Source: the human T2T-CHM13v2.0 reference genome, Homo sapiens
DNA: 64,000 bases
Assembly (NCBI RefSeq): GCF_009914755.1
Contig: NC_060927.1
Direction: 5' to 3' (one strand)
Shown: positions 32,008 to 48,437 of the stretch, in pieces
How positions within the stretch are numbered: position 1 is the stretch's first letter
Layout of the letters: each line of letters opens with the position of its first letter
Program-made: the position numbers and the translations under genes
The notes under the pieces: model-generated
The model's database searches: none
What the model was told of the DNA's origin: nothing
The model's input: only the letters and a program-made list of their open reading frames with translations

Positions 32008-32360
32008 CACATTTATGTGTGTATGTATAGATCCCTACCCCAGAAAACACAATGTCTTTATTTAATAGCCATTGAGTTCACAATTTCTACTTATGGGGAC
32101 TTGAGAGATGGGAGGCCAAGGTAGGAGGATTACTTGAGGCAGGAGTTGGAGCCCAGCCAAGGCAACGTAGTAAGACCGTGTCTCTACAAAAAATAAAAAA
32201 TAGCTGGGCACGGTGGCATGCACTTGTAGTCCTAGCTATTCTGGAGGCAGGACTACACACACATTTGTGTATGTGTATACATTCCTACTCCAGAAAACAG
32301 AGCATCTTCAGTTAATAGCCCTTGAGTTCGTGATTTCTACTTATGAGGACTTGACAGGTG
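32008..32360 (+). repeat. Diverged ~100-bp direct duplication (32008-32110 and 32260-32360) flanking an internal AluJ fragment (32109-32252)
   Basis: Both copies share cacattt...cctac.ccagaaaaca...ttaatagcc.ttgagttc...atttctacttatg.ggacttga.ag.tg; about 80% identity by eye. Confidence 0.9.
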
Positions 32361-33154
32361 AGCAGCATATAGCTTCTCCTGGCAGAGGGGTTGGGGCTGG
32401 GAAACAGACATAAGGCATGAAAATATCTCATTGGCTCAAACAGCAAGCATAACACCATTGCTATCAGTTACATGTGACCATCTCAGCTCAGGGTTTTTGC
32501 ACTGATTTGGTGTGCTAACAAAGTGTCTTGGTGATTCTAGAGAAATGACAAACCAGTATCTTGAGTAAAATAATGACTTGGACTGTAAGAAATTAATTAG
32601 AAAACATCTGTGCAATGTAGTGGAAGAAAAAGAAAATGAGACCCAGAAGACCCAAATCACAAATCAAAAGGACCTCACAGAAGATTCTACAATTGAGATT
32701 ATTTATCCTGGGTAAGACTAGAATTTTTGTCTAAGGATATGATGAGAAAACCTTCAGGAGACAACTTTGTCTTTTCTGCTGGGAAATCTGAGAAGTGGCT
32801 CAGAGTCTCAGCAGGGGCACCTCCAGCAGTGGTAAGCAATTCCGTGACAAATTGCTCAAGAGGGAAGTCAGTGCTCCTGTCTGGGATGTGTTTTGTACTG
32901 CTTTTCAGTTAAATAAAGAGTTCAGAGCAACTAGATTTCTTTATGCCAGTTAGGCAGAAAACCAGGGTTATATTAAGAATCAAATGATAATAGTCAAATA
33001 TTTGTCGGAAAGCGTCTGACTGTACATAGGTACATAGAAGTTTTTATGTAGTCTGAACTTGATTTCAATTTTATATTAGAGGTCAGCAATTGGCTTGAAT
33101 GATGGTTTTATTAAGTGGTTATATTTTTAATAAAAAACACATATAATGCATTTT

Positions 33155-33905
33155 TTATTATACTTTAAGTTTTAGGGTACATGTGCACAATGTGCAGGTT
33201 TGTTACGTATGTATACATGTGCCATGTTGCTGTGCTGCACCCATTAACTCGTCATTTACATTAGGTATATCTCCTAATGCTATCCCTCCCCCCTCCTCCC
33301 ATCCCACGACAGGCCCCCGTGTGTGATGCTCCCCATCCTATGTCCAAGTGTTCTCATTGTTCAATTTCCACGTATGCGGTGTTTGGTTTTCTGTCCTTGC
33401 AATAGTTTGCTCAGAGTGATGGTTTCCAGCTTCATCCATGTCCCTACAAAGGACATGAACTCATCCTTTTTTATGGCTGCATAGTATTCCATGGTGTATA
33501 TGTGCCACATTTTCTTAATCCAGTCTATCATTGATGGACATTTGGGTTGGTTCCAAGTCTTTGCTATTGTGAATAGTGCCACAATAAACATACGTGTGCG
33601 TGTGTCTTTGTAGCAGCATGATTTATAATCCTTTGGGTATATACCCAGTAATGGGATGGCTGGGTCAAATGGTATTTCTAGTTCTAGATCATTGAGGAAT
33701 CGCCGCACTGTCTTCCACAATGGTTGAACTAGTTTATGGTCCCACCAACAGTGTAAAAGTGTTCCTATTTCTCCACATCCTCTCCAGCACCTGTTGTTTC
33801 CTGACTTTTTGATGATTGCCATTCTAACTGGTGTGAAATGGTATCTCATTGCGGTTTTGATTTGCATTTCTCTGATGGCCAGTGATGATGAGCATTTTTT
33901 CATGG
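33155..33905 (-). mobile_element. 5'-truncated L1PA4/5-type LINE-1 (ORF2 C-terminus and 3' UTR)
   Basis: ORF 33361-33912 is the L1 ORF2 C-terminus ([16 protein letters not shown]); 21-bp TSD aaaacacatataatgcatttt at 33134-33154 and 33906-33926. Confidence 0.95.
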
Positions 33906-34177
33906 AAAACACATATAATGCATTTTAACTTGAGCTTTCCGTGCCTCAGGAAATCCTAACTATTTTAAGAAACAGAATTACCTGTGTTTTCCTTGTCTCC
34001 TGGTGGCAGCTACCTACTTAAACGCATTTATTCCTTCCTAGCTAAGAAGGAATCAGTGGCCTTAAGAAGACAATCTTGAAAAAGGACCTAAGTGATGGTA
34101 AGCACCAGATTCATCTTCCTTCTTGGCACCACTCTTGACTCATTAAACATAATGTGATGATAGCCAACCTTCAATAG

Positions 34178-34302
34178 GATGTAAGCTCCATGAAGGCAGG
34201 GACCATCCTCTGCTTCATTTGCTGCTATATCTCAGGTGCCTAGCTCAGTGCCTGGCTTGTAGCAGGCATGCACACACATGCAATGCTTAAAGAAATGAAT
34301 GA
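34178..34302 (+). mobile_element. L2 3' end
   Basis: 'tgtaagctccatgaaggcaggga...gtgcctagctcagtgcctggc...aatgaatga'. Confidence 0.85.
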
Positions 34303-34699
34303 CCAGGAGTCAAGAGCAAGACAGAATTTTAAGTTTCCAATACTGAAAATCTCATCGTCAACATTTCTTCATTTTCCTTTTTGTTTGTTATTTGCCTGAA
34401 AAGCCTTCTGTTAGTGCTGTATAAATTATATATGTTGCCTATTTTACATCCTAAGGCTATGAACATTATCTGTTCAGCTTACAACTGATAAGTGCTCACC
34501 ACAAGATAAAGTGATATGTGTACCTAAAAAATTCCACTTGATAAAAATTAAACCCTAAGCAAAACAAGAAAATTAAATTCTGAATTTACAAAATTAGGAA
34601 AACACTAGAGGCTGCCTACAGCAACGTATTATAACTTCCTGGCTTCTTTTCATTAGTAGTGAGAAATTTCTCAGGTCATTTGTTGCTAAAAATAATCAT

Positions 34700-34915
34700 A
34701 GCAAACATTTAATTATTTTTCCTGTGCCACATACATAGTGCAAAGTGTCAATTATATACGTTATTTTATTCAAACCTCTCAACAGCCATTTTACAGATGA
34801 GAAAATGTAGGCTTTGAGAGCTTAAATAATGTGCCCAAGGTCACCCAACTAGGAAGGGCTGGAGTGGGGATTAAGACTCTGTTAGTCACTCCAAAGCCCA
34901 ATTCCAAACCACCAG
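34700..34915 (-). mobile_element. MIR
   Basis: 'ccattttacagatgagaaaatgtaggct...gcccaaggtcaccca'. Confidence 0.85.
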
Positions 34916-36977
34916 GTTACATTTCTCTACATATTGCTCAAAGTGGTTAAAATACTGGAATTAGTAAACGAGATGCTGTTTTTATAAATTAGAGTTGGGT
35001 TTTTCTAGATTCTTGTCTCTCTTAGTCATGCGCAGTTTTATTTGCTTCTGGAGTGGAAGTAAAAAGGCGACGTTACACATGGAGTATGGGATCAGTGTAT
35101 GTCCACCTTATGTGAGTCCATACTTGGCAACTGCTTCTGAGGTACACTATTAAATGTTGTGGCAGTTAACCCCCAAGTGCGTGGGTGCACCTTGAATGAT
35201 CCTATGTCTTTTATTTCCTCTAAAATCTGTTTCATCCAAAGAAACATGAATTCCTATTCCAGAGTCTTAAATGAACGTGTGTACTGAATTCTCCATAAGA
35301 AGTAACAAAGTGAGAAATCTACTCTGCCGCTTACAGCAAAAATGTTGGCACATTCTCTTGAGGTGACTCTTTCCTCGAAGGTCCCCCAGGCTTAGGAGCT
35401 CCATGTCTCTCTCTCTCTTTCAAAGTCCTGCATGGCTCTTCTAGACTTTTCTTTTGGGAAATGGCTCCCTGGCCTTTTTTAAGGAAATCAACCTACCAGC
35501 TTTTCCCAGCAGCCACAGTTCTGTATCTCTACCTAACTCGTATCCTCTTTCTGGTACAAGTCCCAAGTATGGTGACTACCAGTTTACCAAGGATCTGGAC
35601 AGGTCAGGATACTGTGTAGGGGAAGGGGGCATGAATAGTTATACTTAAAAATGTCTATTTGTGTAATCAGGGTATTTTTTCCCCTCCAAACCTGAACATC
35701 TCCAAAGGACTGTGGCAACTGCATAATATGTATCCTGGGGTTAAAGATTGAAAGCCGTGTATTCAGAAATCATCGTATTTTTAAAAATTACTAAAAAAGC
35801 AAAAAGGCTAATATTTGAAGTCATCTTGCCAAAATAGCAGTTGGTCTATATATACCTCTTCGCTTTTCAGTGTGATTTGGTGGTAAGATGAAAAGGCCTT
35901 AGTCAAATGTAGACATACTTTCAAGTCTCAAAACACATGGTTTCTTTTACAGGACCCAGGCTCTATTAAACTTCCCAGCATGCTTTCCTCATTCATCTCC
36001 ACAAATGCTACATTACAGATTATAAATAGCTCATTTACATGTCCTAATGAGCCATAAGTACATTAACAAGTTAACAAACTTTTGTACAATGTTAATATTT
36101 ACTCCACCTTATGAGTCCCTGGAATCAAAATCCACACATCTATCACCACTGGTTACATATGAAGGGCACCCGTGCAACTTAGTGGGCATGGATGTGGACG
36201 CCTGCAATCCTGTACTGCCTGAAGGGCTGCAAGACCGAGTCAAGCATGTTCCCTATGTGCAATGTGTCAAGGATGATATGTCAACCCATTACCCATGAAA
36301 GCCATTTGAGGTTTGTTAGCAAACAGTGGCCTGATTATGAATGGGTGTAGAAGTGCTTTGTTGCATAGGGCTGTTTTGATACTGCATCTTGATGAAGGCA
36401 GCTTTCAACAATCCAGCATTACCTAAATTACACATTACTTCTAAGTTAAAGGACACAATTGAAGCAGATGTATTTGAAGCTCTAGAATTGATTCTTCCTA
36501 TTAAACAAAATACAATGATATCTGAATAAGGGCTTATGACTTTTACAAATATTTATTCTAATATTAATGTGTTAAATATATTTTATCTCAGGATGCTTCA
36601 TGAGTACATATTTTAGTGAGTAGAATTACATACACACACACAAACACTCACATAAATTACCCAAAGTTGATAGCTTTCGCAGGTCAATTGTGTAATATTA
36701 ATTAGGCTAAAATTATAATATGTATCTATATATTTAATATATGATATTTGAGTGGGTATAAATGAATAAATAGATAACCGTCACTGTAGAAAGAAGTCTG
36801 ATTTCCAAATGCCTTTTAAATTATTATTACATGCTATTTGGTTGTTTTTCAGGGGAAGAGATTATATTTAGGTCCTCTTCACCAAATTATTCAAGCTATT
36901 TTGAAGAGTTTAAGATAGCAATGTTTAATCTGTATATTGGCTAAGAATTCCGATCACAAAAGTATCTAACAAGGAAC

Positions 36978-37792
36978 TCATATTTCCATTTGAATGTCTC
37001 AAAGGAACCTCAAATGAACATACCCAAATCAAATTTATGATCTTCCCCCAAATTTGGTTCTTAGGTTTCCCATCTCAGGGAACATCAGCACCATTCATCC
37101 AATTGCATAACCAGAAAGTAGGGAAAAATACCTCTTCTTCCTTCACTCCCAAATTGCAACCAACACCAAAGTCTGTTGATTTTGCAATCTAAGTAATTCT
37201 CCAATCCAGCCCCTTCTTGTTATCACTCCAGATATTCCCCAGCCCAATCTGCCATTATCTTCTTAGCAGTGTCTTCTTGCTCACATGAAAAAGCTACTGA
37301 CTAGACCCTCATCAATCTCTGCAACCTTGTCTCTCATAGGCTGCCCCTTTATTTCATTTCTTCAACCACCTGGTCCTTCTCTCAGTCCTAACAAAATGCA
37401 TTATGTATCGTGGCCCTTTGTGTTCTAGGTCTTCCAGCATGCTGATCTTTCTTCCCTATTCATCTGCAATTCTCCCAGTAAAGTCCCTTTAGATATCAAC
37501 CAATACATCACTTTCTTAGAGCTAAGTCTTCTCTGATCTTGCTAGTCTTGGTCAGTTTTGTCAAATACATATTCATAGTACTCTGTGGCTTTTTCTAATA
37601 ACATTTTAATGTAGTCTTACTCATATATTCAACTGTATGATTATTGTGGTTAAAACCTGTATCTCTCTCTGATTTGATTATAATTTTTCCAAGACCCCAA
37701 TCTATTCTACTCACCACTCTATCCACAGTAATCATAGGACCCGGAATGAAGTACCTATCCCTTACATTTTGCTAATTGTATGAGTTAATGAA
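36978..37792 (+). mobile_element. L2 3' region
   Basis: 'atttccatttgaatgtctcaaaggaacctcaaatgaacatacccaaa' followed by pyrimidine-rich L2 3' sequence. Confidence 0.7.
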
Positions 37793-38317
37793 GAGCTATG
37801 GATATCAGATATTAAACAAATCTGTTAAGGAATTGAACAGAGAGAAAGACTACTGAGTGACAACTATAGAATTTCACTGTCTTGAAGAAGAGGTTTCCAG
37901 ACCAGATAACTTCATTAGAAAGTATCTCTAATTGTAGGATGTGACAAATCTCTTGAATTCCTTAGATACAATTACTGTGTGGTGCATCATGAAGTAGGGC
38001 AGAGCCTTCCTGAAGCTGCCTTGATATCTATTTCTTTTCTGTTGGACAAGTAGTGTCTTTGCCTCTTTTTCTTGACAAGCAGAAAGTTTTGAACAGCCAA
38101 ATGGCAAGATACTTGGCAGCAGAGAGCAGGTTTGGGGTGCTAAGCCTCATAAACATGTGGCTTTTCTTTCTCCCTAGTGAAGGCCCAGCCTCATGCATTA
38201 TAGTTATAGCTCTGTCAATATTCTGAACACTTCATCACAAAATGTATTATAGACTAAGTGAGCTTTGCAAAAGGAAAAGTCATCTTCTTTAAACTACCTC
38301 TCAATATGGGAATGCTT

Positions 38318-38644
<327 letters not shown>

Positions 38645-40197
38645 TTATCTCTAAGAGAAAACAACTCTCCATTATGTATTGCTTAAAGATACAATAAAAT
38701 TTCTTTCACTGGAAATTTCTTCCTTTTGGTTGGAAGTCTTAGATGATAAATGTAATCCCTCTTTCAAGCCCTTCAAATACTTTGAGGCTGATACAAAAGC
38801 TGTTCCTTTAGTACTACATTTTTTCCCTCTTTGTGTTTTTCTGTTTCTCAGTGAATGTTGGATTGTTCTACTTTGAGATATTTTTTCTATTATTATTAAT
38901 ATAGGTAGACTGCAAATTTAAGACAGATGTTTTTGGCATTCCTAAATTCAGAGCCTAGATTCACAAAACCTTGCTGTCTTCCAAAACTTACTCACCAATC
39001 TGTGCTCATCCTGTTCTGTAAATTCTTAGCAAGGTCCACTTGGTAATTACACATACACTTAAAATTCTAGTAACATTTTACACATATTTTTTCTTTTCTG
39101 TTAGATTTATAGATTGTTTGTATTCCACACTAGCATTGCCTGTTGAAAGCTTATTTGCAATAGGTAATCAACAGAAACACATTGTTTAATTGATCTACGA
39201 GTCAGAAATCTCAAATTGTAATCCCAATGGTGTTCAGACTCTAATATTGTTTGGACCTACCTCAACAAACCTTGATTTTTCTCATTTGTGAAAGATATCA
39301 AGTCTTAATTTCAACAACTTCATAAGGCTACTTTGAAGATAGATGGAACAATATTCTGAATTTAAAAAAAAATTTAAGAGGTTTAATTTTATTTTCAAAC
39401 TCCCTGACAATTCCCATGGGATTGTGATTCAAGCTCACACCTCCCCACTCAGTTGTATTTGCCTCTCTGTGTCCCTTTTTCAGCATGAAGATAGACCTGG
39501 CAATTGAACTCCTCAGTTGCATCGGGACTGTTGCAAGACCCAGAGTTTTGAGATCATCTGGCTTTGGGGAGAACATTTGGCATGTGTCTGCAGATAGTAT
39601 TACAGGGATCCAAGGGTTGAAGTCACATTGGGCCTGCAGTGTCTTTTTTCATGGGCATAATCAGCTGTCTATATGACCAGATTAAAAAATCAACATGGAA
39701 GGATGAGTGAAATAAATATGTGATTTTGGATGACAATCTTTGGGGAGGATTAGGAAGAAGGAAACCAGATTCATGATTGGAGATGGTCAATCTCCATTTT
39801 AGAAGGCTGGGACTGCCTGCAGGGCTTTTAAATGCTGACAAAGGTCTATCAGGCTTTAATTGGGCAGTCTAATGTTTTCTTCTTTTACCTTGTGCTCTGA
39901 TGGAATATCAAAGGGATGATTCTCTCCTGGATTTTGAAAAACAAAATAAATGAATACCAATTGCTCTTCAAGACCAAAACCTATATCCACTTCTCAGAAC
40001 CGTCAAAGTGCCTTAGGAAGCGGTTTTTGTTTTTAAAAGAAGCCGTCTCTTAGAAGTGTTTTGAGACTGGAAGGAACTACACCAAAATGATAATAGTGGT
40101 TGTTGTTTGAGACCTGGGCCTGTAGACAGGGTTTTGTTTTGTTTTGTTTTTCTTTGTTTTCCTATTCTTTTTGAATAGCCTGTTATTGTATTATGAC

Positions 40198-40282
40198 TTT
40201 TATTTAATTTATTGTTTTATTTGTATAAATTTAGGGGGTACAAGTGCAGTTTTGTTACATGGATATTGCATACTGGTAAAGT
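40198..40282 (-). mobile_element. Very short L1MA-type 3' terminus
   Basis: 'tataaatttagggggtacaagtgcagttttgttacatggatattgca'; flanked by duplicated 'gtattatgact'. Confidence 0.75.
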
Positions 40283-41476
40283 ATTATGACTATTTAATGA
40301 TATAAGAACATAACATAAGAATAAAATATAATATAAATGTTATACATAATATAAAAATAATATAGTATACGATAAAAAGAAAAGAAAAACAACAAAAACA
40401 AAGCCACCCCTCCCAAACAAAAGCCCTTCTAACAAAACTAGTTATTCTACCCTTTTATTTTACCGCTTTCAGGGTGCTCTCTTTAATATATGGAAAACAT
40501 TTCTATTTCAGCTGGACACCAAACTCAATAGCTTTTGTTTAATTTTTATCTCCTCCCTATTCCCAATAAGTCTTTCCTTTATCAAAGTTTGGATTTCAGC
40601 TTAACTGAGTATGTAGGACTCGGAAATTGCTCAAAGATGGCAATGTGTAGAATTCCATTTTTTCCCTCCATTTTAATTTCCTTTAGCAATTTAGCACTTC
40701 TTTTCAAATCACACATATAGAAAAAACAGAGAAATTTCTTAACACCTCTTTGGCAAGTCACATGGAAAAAACCGCCACTGTTTCTATTTACATGCTTTGG
40801 GCAAGTTATATTTCAAATAAAGAGCTTCAACCAAGAACCAAAGGAGAATTTTTTAAAGTCCTTTTTAAGCAACTAATTCCTTCAGACAAGATGTACTATG
40901 AAAAGCAAAACACAACCTAGAATTATATACAACAATGTAAGAAGGATGTACAACTTAAGTGTTTATAATACTAAATATTATACTTCAAACTATTGATTTT
41001 TAGAGAAAATACAATGTAAATACAAAGTACACTTTATATTTTTCTTATAGGATATTAATACTGACTTTATCTGGAATATATATTTTTAGTAAAAATAAAA
41101 TCATATGTCCCCAATTGTGCCTCAGATGAAGCCTTCAAATCTTATTGTTTATACTTACTTTCAGCAAAATACCACATTTGGCAGCTCCAGTAAGCTAAAA
41201 GAAAGGGCACAATCCTGTATTCACCTAGTTTTTGATTAACATACTTTTACAATATTCACTTCCTTATAAAGCTCGCTTTTGTTTGGGAGGTAAATTATAA
41301 TTTACTCAAGGAAAGAAAATATGAGGTCAAGGAAAAGCAAATATTGTGTTTAATAATTAAAGCAAATTATTACATTATTTGCTTTAATTTAAACAATTGT
41401 TAGATAATTAATTTAAACAATTATTTATTATATTTTATTTTTTTCATATGGTAAATGTATATTTTATAAATTATCG

Positions 41477-41753
41477 TTATTATTTTTGAGATGGAGTCTC
41501 GCTCTGTTGCCCAGGCTGGAAGCGTGATCTCTGCTCACTGCAGTCTCTGCCTGCCGGGTTCAAGCAATTCTGCCTCAGCCTCCTGAGTAGCTGGGACTGC
41601 AGGTGTGGGCCACCATGCCCGGCTAAATTTTTGGATTTTTAGTAGAGACTTCACCATGCTGGCCAGGCTGGTCTCAAACTCCTGACCTTATGATCCACCT
41701 GCTTCAGCCTCCCAAAGTGCTGGGATTACAGGCGCGAGCCACTGCACCTGGCC
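41477..41753 (-). mobile_element. AluS (Sg/Sc-like) with several microdeletions
   Basis: Antisense Alu with 'ctgaccttatgatcc'. Confidence 0.92.
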
Positions 41754-41759
41754 ACTTTT

Positions 41760-42068
41760 TTTTTTCTTTTCTTTATTTTATTTTATTTTATTTTTTTTGA
41801 GACGGAGTCTCGCTCTGTCCCCCAGGCTGGAGTGCAGTGGCGCTATCTCAGCTTACTGCAAGCTCCGCCTCCCGGGTTCAAGCCTCAGCCTCCAGAGTAG
41901 CTGGGACTACAGGCACCTGCCACCATGCCCTGCTAATTTTTTGTATTTTTAGTAGAGATGGGGTTTCACCGTGTTAGCCAGGATGGTCTTGATCTCCTGA
42001 CCTCGTGATCCGCCCACCTCGGCCTCCCAAAGTGCTGAGATTACAGGTGTGAGCCACGGTGCCCTGCT
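41760..42068 (-). mobile_element. AluY
   Basis: 'ctgcaagctccgcctcccgggttca' and 'accgtgttagccaggatggtct'; TSD ctggccactttt at 41748-41759 and 42071-42082. Confidence 0.95.
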
Positions 42069-42288
42069 AACTGGCCACTTTTTAATTATATTTTAAGTTC
42101 TGGGATACAGGTGCAGAACGTGCAGGTTTGTTACATAGGTATACATGTGCTATGGTGGTTTGCTGCACCCATCAACCTGTCATCTACATTAGGTATTTTT
42201 CCTAATGCTATCCCTCCCCTAGCCCTCCACTCCCTGACAGGCCCTGGTGTGTGATGTTCCCCTCCCTGTGTCCATGTGTCCTCATTGT

Positions 42289-46093
<3,805 letters not shown>

Positions 46094-46156
46094 TATGATG
46101 TTAGCTGGTGATTTTGCTCGTTAGTTGATGCAGTTTCTTCCTAGTCTTGATGGTCT

Positions 46157-47173
46157 TTACATTTTGGCATGATTTTGCAGCGGCTGGTACCAGTTGTTCC
46201 TTTCCATGTTTAGCGCTTCCTTCAGGAGCTCTTTTAGGGCAGGCCTGGTGGTGACAAAATCTCTCAGCATTTGCTTGTCTGTAAAGTATTTTATTTCTCC
46301 TTCACTTATGAAGCTTAGTTTGGCTGGCTATGAAATTCTGGGTTGAAAATTCTTTTCTTTAAGAATGTTGAATATTGGCCCCCACTCTCTTCTGGCTTGT
46401 AGGGTTTCTGCTGAGAGATCTGCTGTTAGTCTGATGGGCTTTCCTTTGAGGGTAACCCGACCTTTCTCTCTGGCTGCCCTTAACATTTTTTCATTCATTT
46501 CAACTTTGGTGAATCTGACAATTATGTGTCTTGGAGTTGCTCTTCTCGAGGAGTATCTTTGTGGCGTTCTCTGTATTTCCTGAATCTGAACGTTGGCCTG
46601 CCTTGCTAGATTGGGGAAGTTCTCCTGGATAATATCCTGCAGAGTGTTTTCCAACTTGGTTCCATTCTCCCCATCACTTTCAGGTACACCAATCAGATGT
46701 AGATTTGGTCTTTTCACATAGTCCCATATTTCTTGGAGGCTCTGCTCATTTCTTTTCATTCTTTTTTCTCTAAACTTCCCTTCTCGCTTCATTTCATTCA
46801 TTTCATCTTCCATTGCTGATATCCTTTCTTCCAGTTGATCGCATCGGCTCCTGAGGCTTCTGCATTCTTCATGTAGTTCTCGAGCCTTGGTTTTCAGCTC
46901 CATCAGCTCCTTTAAGCACTTCTCTGTATTGGTTATTCTAGTTATACATTCTTCTAAATTTTTTTCAAAGTTTTCAACTTCTTTGCCTTTGGTTTGAATG
47001 TCCTCCCGTAGCTCAGAGTAATTTGATCGTCTGAAGCCTTCTTCTCTCAACTCGTCAAAGTCATTCTCCATCCAGCTTTGTTCCGTTGCTGGTGAGGAAC
47101 TGCGTTCCTTTGGAGGAGGAGAGGCGCTCTGCGTTTTAGAGTTTCCCGTTTTTCTGTCCTGTTTTTTCCCCAT
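46157..47173 (-). pseudogene. L1 ORF1p with a premature TAG at codon 282
   Basis: MGKKQDRKTGNSKTQSASPPPKERSSSP...KEKNFQPRIS*; the natural TAA lies at 46157-46159. Confidence 0.95.
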
Positions 47174-48078
47174 CTTTGTGGTTTTATCTACTTTTGGTCT
47201 TTGATGATGGTGATGTACAGATGGGTTTTTGGTGTGGATGTCCTTTCTGTTTGTTAGTTTTCCTTCTAACAGACAGGGCCCTCAGCTGCAGGTCTGTTGG
47301 AATACCCTGCCGTGTGAGGTGTCAGTGTGCCCCTGCTGGGGGGTGCCTCCCAGTTAGGTTGCTCGGGGGTCAGAGGTCAGGGACCCACTTGAGGAGGCAG
47401 TCTGCCCGTTCTCAGATCTCCAGCTGCGTGCTGGGAGAACCACTGCTCTCTTCAAAGCTGTCAGACAGGGACATTTAAGTCTGCAGAGGTTACTGCTGTC
47501 TTTTTGTTTGTCTGTGCCCTGCCCCCAGAGGTGGAGCCTACAGAGGCAGGCAGGCCTCCTTGAGCTGTGGTGGGCTCCACCCAGTTCGAGCTTCCCAGCT
47601 GCATTGTTTACCTAAGCAAGCCTGGGCAATGGCGGGCGCCCCTCCCCCAGCCTCGCTGCCGCCTTGCAGTTTGATCTCAGACTGCTGTGCTAGCAATCAG
47701 CGAGACTCCGTGGGCATAGGACCCTCCGAGCCAGGTGCGGGATATAATCTTGTGGTGCGCCGTTTTTTAAGCCGGTCCGAAAAGCGCAATATTCGCGTGG
47801 GAGTGACCCGATTTTCCAGGTGAGTCCGTCACCCCTTTCTTTGACTCGGAAAGGGAACTCCCTGACCCCTTGCACTTCCCAAGTGAGGCAATGCCTCGCC
47901 CTGCTTCGGCTCACGCATGGTGCGCGCACCCACTGACCTGGGCCCACTGTCTGGCACTCCCTAGTGAGATGAACCCGGTACCTCAGATGGAAATGCAGAA
48001 ATCACCCGTCTTCTGCGTGGCTCACGCTGGGAGCTGTAGACCGGAGCTGTTCCTATTCGGCCATCTTGGCTGCTCCCC
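47174..48078. promoter_or_regulatory. L1 5' UTR: CpG-rich sense promoter (-), antisense promoter (+) and YY1 site
   Basis: YY1 site 'ggccatcttggc' at 48059-48070; short 5' UTR form ('ctgttggaataccctgccgtgtgagg') lacking the ~129-bp segment of older L1PA. Confidence 0.85.
47629..47823 (+). CDS. L1 antisense ORF0, 64 aa (shortened from 71 by a stop)
   Basis: gcaATGG context; MAGAPPPASLPPCSLISDCCASNQRDSVG...RRFLSRSEKRNIRVGVTRFSR* matches primate ORF0; expression unknown. Confidence 0.7.
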   Translation: MAGAPPPASLPPCSLISDCCASNQRDSVGIGPSEPGAGYNLVVRRFLSRSEKRNIRVGVTRFSR

Positions 48079-48367
48079 GGAAGTTTCTTAATGCATTTAA
48101 AATATTATTTGCTTGGCCATCATTTTTAAGAAACAACTATTGTAAAAATTAAGATGCTCTTTTATCAATGAATGATGATTGTTTTCAACCAAGAGCTCTA
48201 GGCAGAAATTAAGTTGGAAATAAGATCAACACTACCATTTGTATAGGGCATTTATGTTTTCTTGGGCTGAAGTTTTTAAAATCTTCTTTAAAACCCTCAG
48301 AATAATGGGTAGCCTTTGTGATGCCCACCTTACCTTACTCTCAGCAGTGTTATGGAGTAAAGTTAGG

Positions 48368-48394
48368 TTTTTTTTTTTTTTTTTTTTTTTTTTT
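48368..48394. repeat. Poly(T) run
   Basis: About 27 consecutive T. Confidence 0.95.
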
Positions 48395-48437
48395 GTCAAA
48401 TGTGTCTAATGGTCTAACCAATATGTACATTCTCCCT

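Noticed and set aside
36047-36298. 83-aa ORF as a coding exon
   Set aside because: No recognisable homology or convincing splice structure; the length is within chance expectation.
48368-48394. Poly(T) as a solo poly-A retroinsertion or the lost tail of the young L1
   Set aside because: No TSD is visible and it lies on the 5' side of the L1.
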